A DNA stretch of 61,740 bases, counting the filler, from Nemertoderma westbladi (taxonomy: Eukaryota > Animalia > Xenacoelomorpha), in NCBI GenBank assembly GCA_032718475.1. It is 3 parts of 3 records of this genome, joined end to end, with 100 filler letters (N's around TTAATTAATTAA, not from the genome) between each part and the next. Parts side by side here need not be neighbours in the genome. Positions count along the whole stretch, not along the records: positions 45,330 to 61,740 come from JAUCBJ010004769.1; 2 more parts are not named here. One strand, 5' to 3'. A model generated the notes under the pieces. The model did not search any database, was not told where the DNA came from, and saw only the letters and a list, made by a program, of their open reading frames with translations. Position 1 is the first letter of the stretch. Each line of letters starts with the position of its first letter. Both the position numbers and the translations under genes were made by a program. Below are positions 56,853-61,740 of this stretch, piece by piece.

Positions 56853-59377
56853 AGAAGACTGCCAGACTGTGAAACTTTAATAGAAGACTGCCAAACTGTG
56901 AAACTCTAACAGAAGACTGCCAGACTGTGAAACTCTAACAGAAGACTGCCAGACTGTGAAACGCTAACAGAAGACTGCCAGACTGTGAAACTCTTACAGA
57001 AGACTGCCAGACTGTGAAACTCTTACAGAAGACTGCCAGGCTGTGAAACTCTATCAGAAGATTGCCAGACTGTGAAACTCTAACAGAAGACTGCCAGACT
57101 GTGAAACTCTAACAGTAGACTGCCAGACTGTGAAACTCTAACCGAAGTCTGCCAGACTGTGAAACTCTAACAGAAGACTGCCAGACTGTGAAACTCTAAC
57201 AGAAGACTGCCAGACTGTGAAACTCTAACAAAAGACTGCCAGACTGTGAAACTCTAACAGAAGACTGCCAGACTGTGAAACTTTAACAGAAAACTACCAG
57301 ACTGTGAAACTCTTACAGAAGACTGCCAGACTGTGAAACTCTAACAGAAGACTGCCAGACTGTGAAACTCTAACAGAAGACTGCCAGACTGTGAAACTTT
57401 AACAGAAAACTACCAGACTGTGAAACTCTAACATAAGACTGCCAGACTGTGAAACTCTAACAGAAGACTGCCAGACTGTGAAACTCTAACATAAGACTGC
57501 CATACTGTGAAACTCTAACAGAAGACTGCCAGACTGTGAAACTCTAACAGAAGACTGCCAGACTGTGAAACTCAAACAGAATACTGCCAGACTGTGAAAC
57601 TCTAACAGAGGACTGCCAGACTGTGAAACTCTAACAGAAGACTGCTAGACTGTGAAACTCTATCAGAAGACTGCCAGACTCTGAAACTCTAATAGAAGAC
57701 TGCCAGACTGTGAAACTCTAACAGAAGACTGCCAGACTGTGAAACTCTAACAGAAGACTGCCAAACTGTGAAACTCTAACATAAGACTGCCAGACTGTGA
57801 AACTCTAACAGAAGACTGCCAGACTGTGAAACTATAACAGAAGACTGCTAAACTGTGAGACTCTAACAGAAGACTGCCAGACTGCGAAACTCTAACAGAA
57901 GACTGCCAGACTGTGAAACTCTATCAGAAGAGTGCCAGACTGTGAAACTCTAACAGAAGACTGCTTGACTGTGAAACTCTAACAGAAGACTGCCTGACTG
58001 TGAAACTCTAACAGAAGACTGCCAGACTGCGAAACTATAACAGAAGACTGCCAAACTGTGAAACTCTAACAGCAGACTGCCAGACTGTGAAACTCTGACA
58101 GAAGACTGCCAGACTGTGAAACTCTATCAGAAGAGTGCCAGACTGTGAAACTCTAACAGAAGACTGCCTGACTGTAAAACTCTAACATAAGACAGCCAGA
58201 CTGTGAAACTATAACAGAAGACTGCCAAACTGTGAAACTCTAATAGAAGACTGCCAGACTGTGAAACTCGAACAGAAGACTGCCAGACCTTGAAACTCTA
58301 TCAGAAGAGTGCCAGACTGTGAAACTCTAACAGAAGACTGCCAGACTGTGAAACTCTAACAGAAGACTGCCTGACTGTGAAACTCTAACAGAAGATTGCC
58401 AGACTGTGAAACTCTAACAGAAGACAGCCAGACTGTGAAACTCTAACAGAAGACTGCCAGACTGTGAAACTCTAACAGAAGACTGCCAGACTGTGAAACT
58501 CTAACAGAAGACTGCCAGACTGTGAAACTCTAACAGAAGACTGCCAGACTGTGAAACTCTAACAGAAGACTGCCAGACTGTGAAACTCTAACAGAAGACT
58601 GCCAAACTGTGAAACTCTAACATAAGACTGCCAGACTGTGAAACTCTAACAGAAGACTGCCAGACTGTGAAACTATAACAGAAGACTGCTAAACTGTGAA
58701 ACTCTAACAGAAGACAGCCAGACTGCGAAACTCTAACAGAAGACTGCCAGACTGCGAAACTATAACAGAAGACTGCCAAACTGTGAAACTCTAACAGAAG
58801 ACTGCCAGACTGTGAAACTCTAACAGAAGACTGCCAGACTGTGAAACTCTATCAGAAGAGTGCCAGACTGTGAAACTCTAACAGAAGACTGCCTGACTGT
58901 AAAACTCTAACATGAGACTGCCAGACTGTGATACTATAACAGAAGACTGCCAAACTGTGAAACTCTAATAGAAGACTGCCAGACTGTGAAACTCTAACAG
59001 AAGACTGCCAGACCTTGAAACTCTATCAGAAGAGTGCCAGACTGTGAAACTCTAACAGAAGACTGCCAGACTGTGAAACTCTAACAGAAAACTGCCAGAC
59101 TGTGAAACTCTAACAGAAGACTGCCAGACTGTGAAACTCTAACAGAAGACTGCCAGACTGTGAAACTCTAACAGAAGACTGCCAGACTGTGAAACTCTAA
59201 CAGAAGACTGCCAGACTGTGAAACTCTAACAGAAGACAGCCAGACTGTGAAACTCTAACAGAAGACTGCCAGACTGTGAAACTCTAACAGAAGACTGCCA
59301 GACTGTGAAACTCTAACAGAAGACTGCCAGAATGTGAAACTCTAACAGAAGACTGCCAGACTGTGAAACTCTAACCG
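56853..59377. repeat. 29-bp satellite array (~2.5 kb, ~87 units)
   Basis: Unit AACAGAAGACTGCCAGACTGTGAAACTCT. Confidence 0.98.
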
Positions 59378-59668
59378 AAACCTGCAGATCTTTGATACAA
59401 CTTTGAAGCTGGTATCGTTCAGGAATTAATAAAAGACTCTATACTTTACGTTGTATTTGGAACCGCATTCTGAGAACTTAAATGGAACTATAATTACTGG
59501 TAAGTATAATAATTACCTGTAGCCACTAGGAACCCCTATCTGGGAACTGAAATTGAACTTAATTACTGGTCAGGTTTTATGCGAACAAGCGCGAAATCGC
59601 GCAAATTCCGCGTCTACTAACTGTGTCCTTGAATGTCTTACTACCAATCTTACAACAAAAAACCTTTT

Positions 59669-59741
59669 ACCGGATTGGGGGGATTGAACTCAGTACCTGG
59701 AGATTACAGTCACACGCTCTGCCAACTGAGCTACTGGACCC
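59669..59741 (-). pseudogene. tRNA-derived SINE head or tRNA pseudogene (anticodon GTA, Tyr-like)
   Basis: Minus strand GGGTCCAGTAGCTCAGTTGGCAGAGCGTGTGACTGTAATCTCCAGGTACTGAGTTCAATCCCC has A box TAGCTCAGTTGG and B box GAGTTCAATCC. The D arm pairs; the acceptor and T stems do not. Confidence 0.7.
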
Positions 59742-61740
59742 GTATCAATCCCTAATTCCAAAACCTAAGATGAAATAAATTAACAACAACAACAACGGAG
59801 TCAATACTAGAGGTCTCCCTAGATAAGTAGATCTGGACTGACGTCATGTGTACTTACGTGTACTTACGTGTACATGTGTACTTCATTGATTATTCCTAAT
59901 TTATTTATAGATTAAATCTGCCGCAAAAAGAAACACAATTTGTGAATTCAATGAAAGAACTGGAACATTTCGTGTAACTTAAAATGATTCAACACTTACA
60001 AACTCCAGTTGGTTGCCACTAACTAAATAAATACTAAAGTAAGTATAGCAGCCGGTGTAAGGGTCCAGTAGTATACCGCTTACCAGATCCTAGTAACGAT
60101 GTATCTTACTATGAGACTCTAGTAATGTATACGGGCTTGTACAGTATCTGACAACAAATCCCAGTCCAGGATATCTAAACAAACAGATATAGTACACAAA
60201 CGACTACTGGCGAGGAACAGAGCCTTGTATCTATTCTATGTACGTGAGCGGGTCTAATGCCTACGTACTAGACAGAAGGATACCAGTCCTCTAACCGGTG
60301 AGGCAGATGTACAGTTACAGTAACAGACCAAACTCACGGGAAAACAATCCCCGCGCAGCGAATCCTAACTATCACTGACAGTCCTAAATACAGTAACTTG
60401 CCGCGGTGTGATTTATATGGTTTATATACGAGCTAGTGGGTTAACAGACCTAGCGTAACAACACTGACAGTCCTAAATCAGTCGAAAAGGGGTCGTACCT
60501 AAATGTAACAATAACTGATCCCCCTGTACGAAATCAGTCTAAAAGGTCAGGCCTAAATGTAACAATACCGTTGTCCAGACAAACAACAGTTTAATAACGA
60601 AAATGAAATACTCCTTATTGCCGCAACTAAATCAGATCCTAATTTTACAAATACAGATAATTTCCACCTAAAGTAATGTATAGTACGCTATAGCTAGTAG
60701 AACTTTAAGGGCGATATGTTTTAGGGCGTGTGTGTGTGGGTGTGTTACAAATAAAACAATTTCGAGTAATTCCTTTTACTAGGTTTTAGTGATTTTCTGA
60801 CTAAAATGATACCATGCGCTAGCTACTAAAATAAACTAGTCGCGTTTGTAGAACTTTATACTCACGAATGACGTCAAAGCTCTCTCCTTCCTATCCACAA
60901 CCCAATGGGCAACCACAGTGTTAGTAACTACACCCGTGATCGGCACTAATACCAGATTCTGGTTGTAAGATAAGAATAGGGGTTAATCGCTACCGTACGT
61001 TAGCTGATCTGGTATACTAATTTAATTCTAGAACTTTGTTGCTGCGGTAGTTAGCAGCAATACCTATCAGTACGTGGCAAGGCGCGGTAGGATATTAATA
61101 AACCTCCCTAGGCCAAGCAGTGTGCCGGTAGCAGAAATGCTCCTTGCCTGATCAAATAGCTAACTCCAGACAGGGGGGGGGGGGGGGGGGTACTAATGTA
61201 CGTTCTACAAAGCGAACCGGTACCAAACAGTCAGTGCTACGAATCACTAAATTATGGAACATATGCTGTCCGTACCTAATATGTACTCGCGTACTGACGA
61301 ATGGCAATAGTTCGCACCTGTAGGAAGTACAGGTTAACCCAGGGGTTCGTAGGACTGACAAGAAGGGGGGGGGTGTCTGGATATAATTATTTGATCCTAA
61401 ATTTGCGGCGTCCAGTACGGTGTCACGCTTACCCTGATCTATAGGTCTTACGGCGGGCAAGGGCGTCGAACAAAGTCTTACCTTCTCACAAAGCGGGCAC
61501 TGCATAGCAAGTGGAGTATTTCGAAGGGCAAAGGGGGTGCGCGGTCAATCCAAATGTGGGCGCTAGCGTGTTGTGGACATCCCTTCCCTGCGTTGCTTAC
61601 GGCCTAACGGTCTAGGCTGCCATCTCCCTGGTGTTCGGCTGTCCCGAAGTCGGACCAAAAGAAAACATGTCAGGAAATTGCAGTATATTTACAGTTTTAC
61701 AAAGGATTTATCAAAAGGAAGTTTCAACAAGAAACCGAAT

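Noticed and set aside
59669-59741. Functional tRNA-Tyr
   Set aside because: Acceptor and T stems do not base-pair.
61152-61505. 117-aa minus-strand ORF as a gene
   Set aside because: No recognisable domain, it runs through a homopolymer tract, and there is no supporting context.

Overview
Animal (invertebrate-type) nuclear DNA; no prokaryotic features. It contains two artificial 100-bp scaffold gaps (44 N + TTAATTAATTAA + 44 N). Five conserved genes are each one uninterrupted ORF: an IQSEC/BRAG Arf-GEF, Beclin-1, SRP19, SRP9 and a PLEKHG1/2/3-like RhoGEF. There is also a large exon of a ROCO-type GTPase carrying an APAF-1-like winged-helix domain, and one orphan ORF cut by a gap. SRP9 and SRP19, two subunits of the same ribonucleoprotein, lie head-to-tail exactly 300 bp apart. 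The rest is a nested transposon landscape: non-autonomous TIR elements with TA, 4-, 6- and 8-bp TSDs, a piggyBac-like end, a decayed pogo transposase, RTE LINEs, a Gypsy pol relic with a CRE-like retroinsertion, Helentron/HINE-like elements and a tRNA-derived SINE head. Two satellites (35 bp and 29 bp) show higher-order structure. Non-coding DNA is strongly enriched in TA-x-TA micro-motifs (TAGGCCTA, TACCGGTA, TACAGTA/TACTGTA) that resemble accumulated transposon excision footprints. All calls were made by eye; no database search was run.
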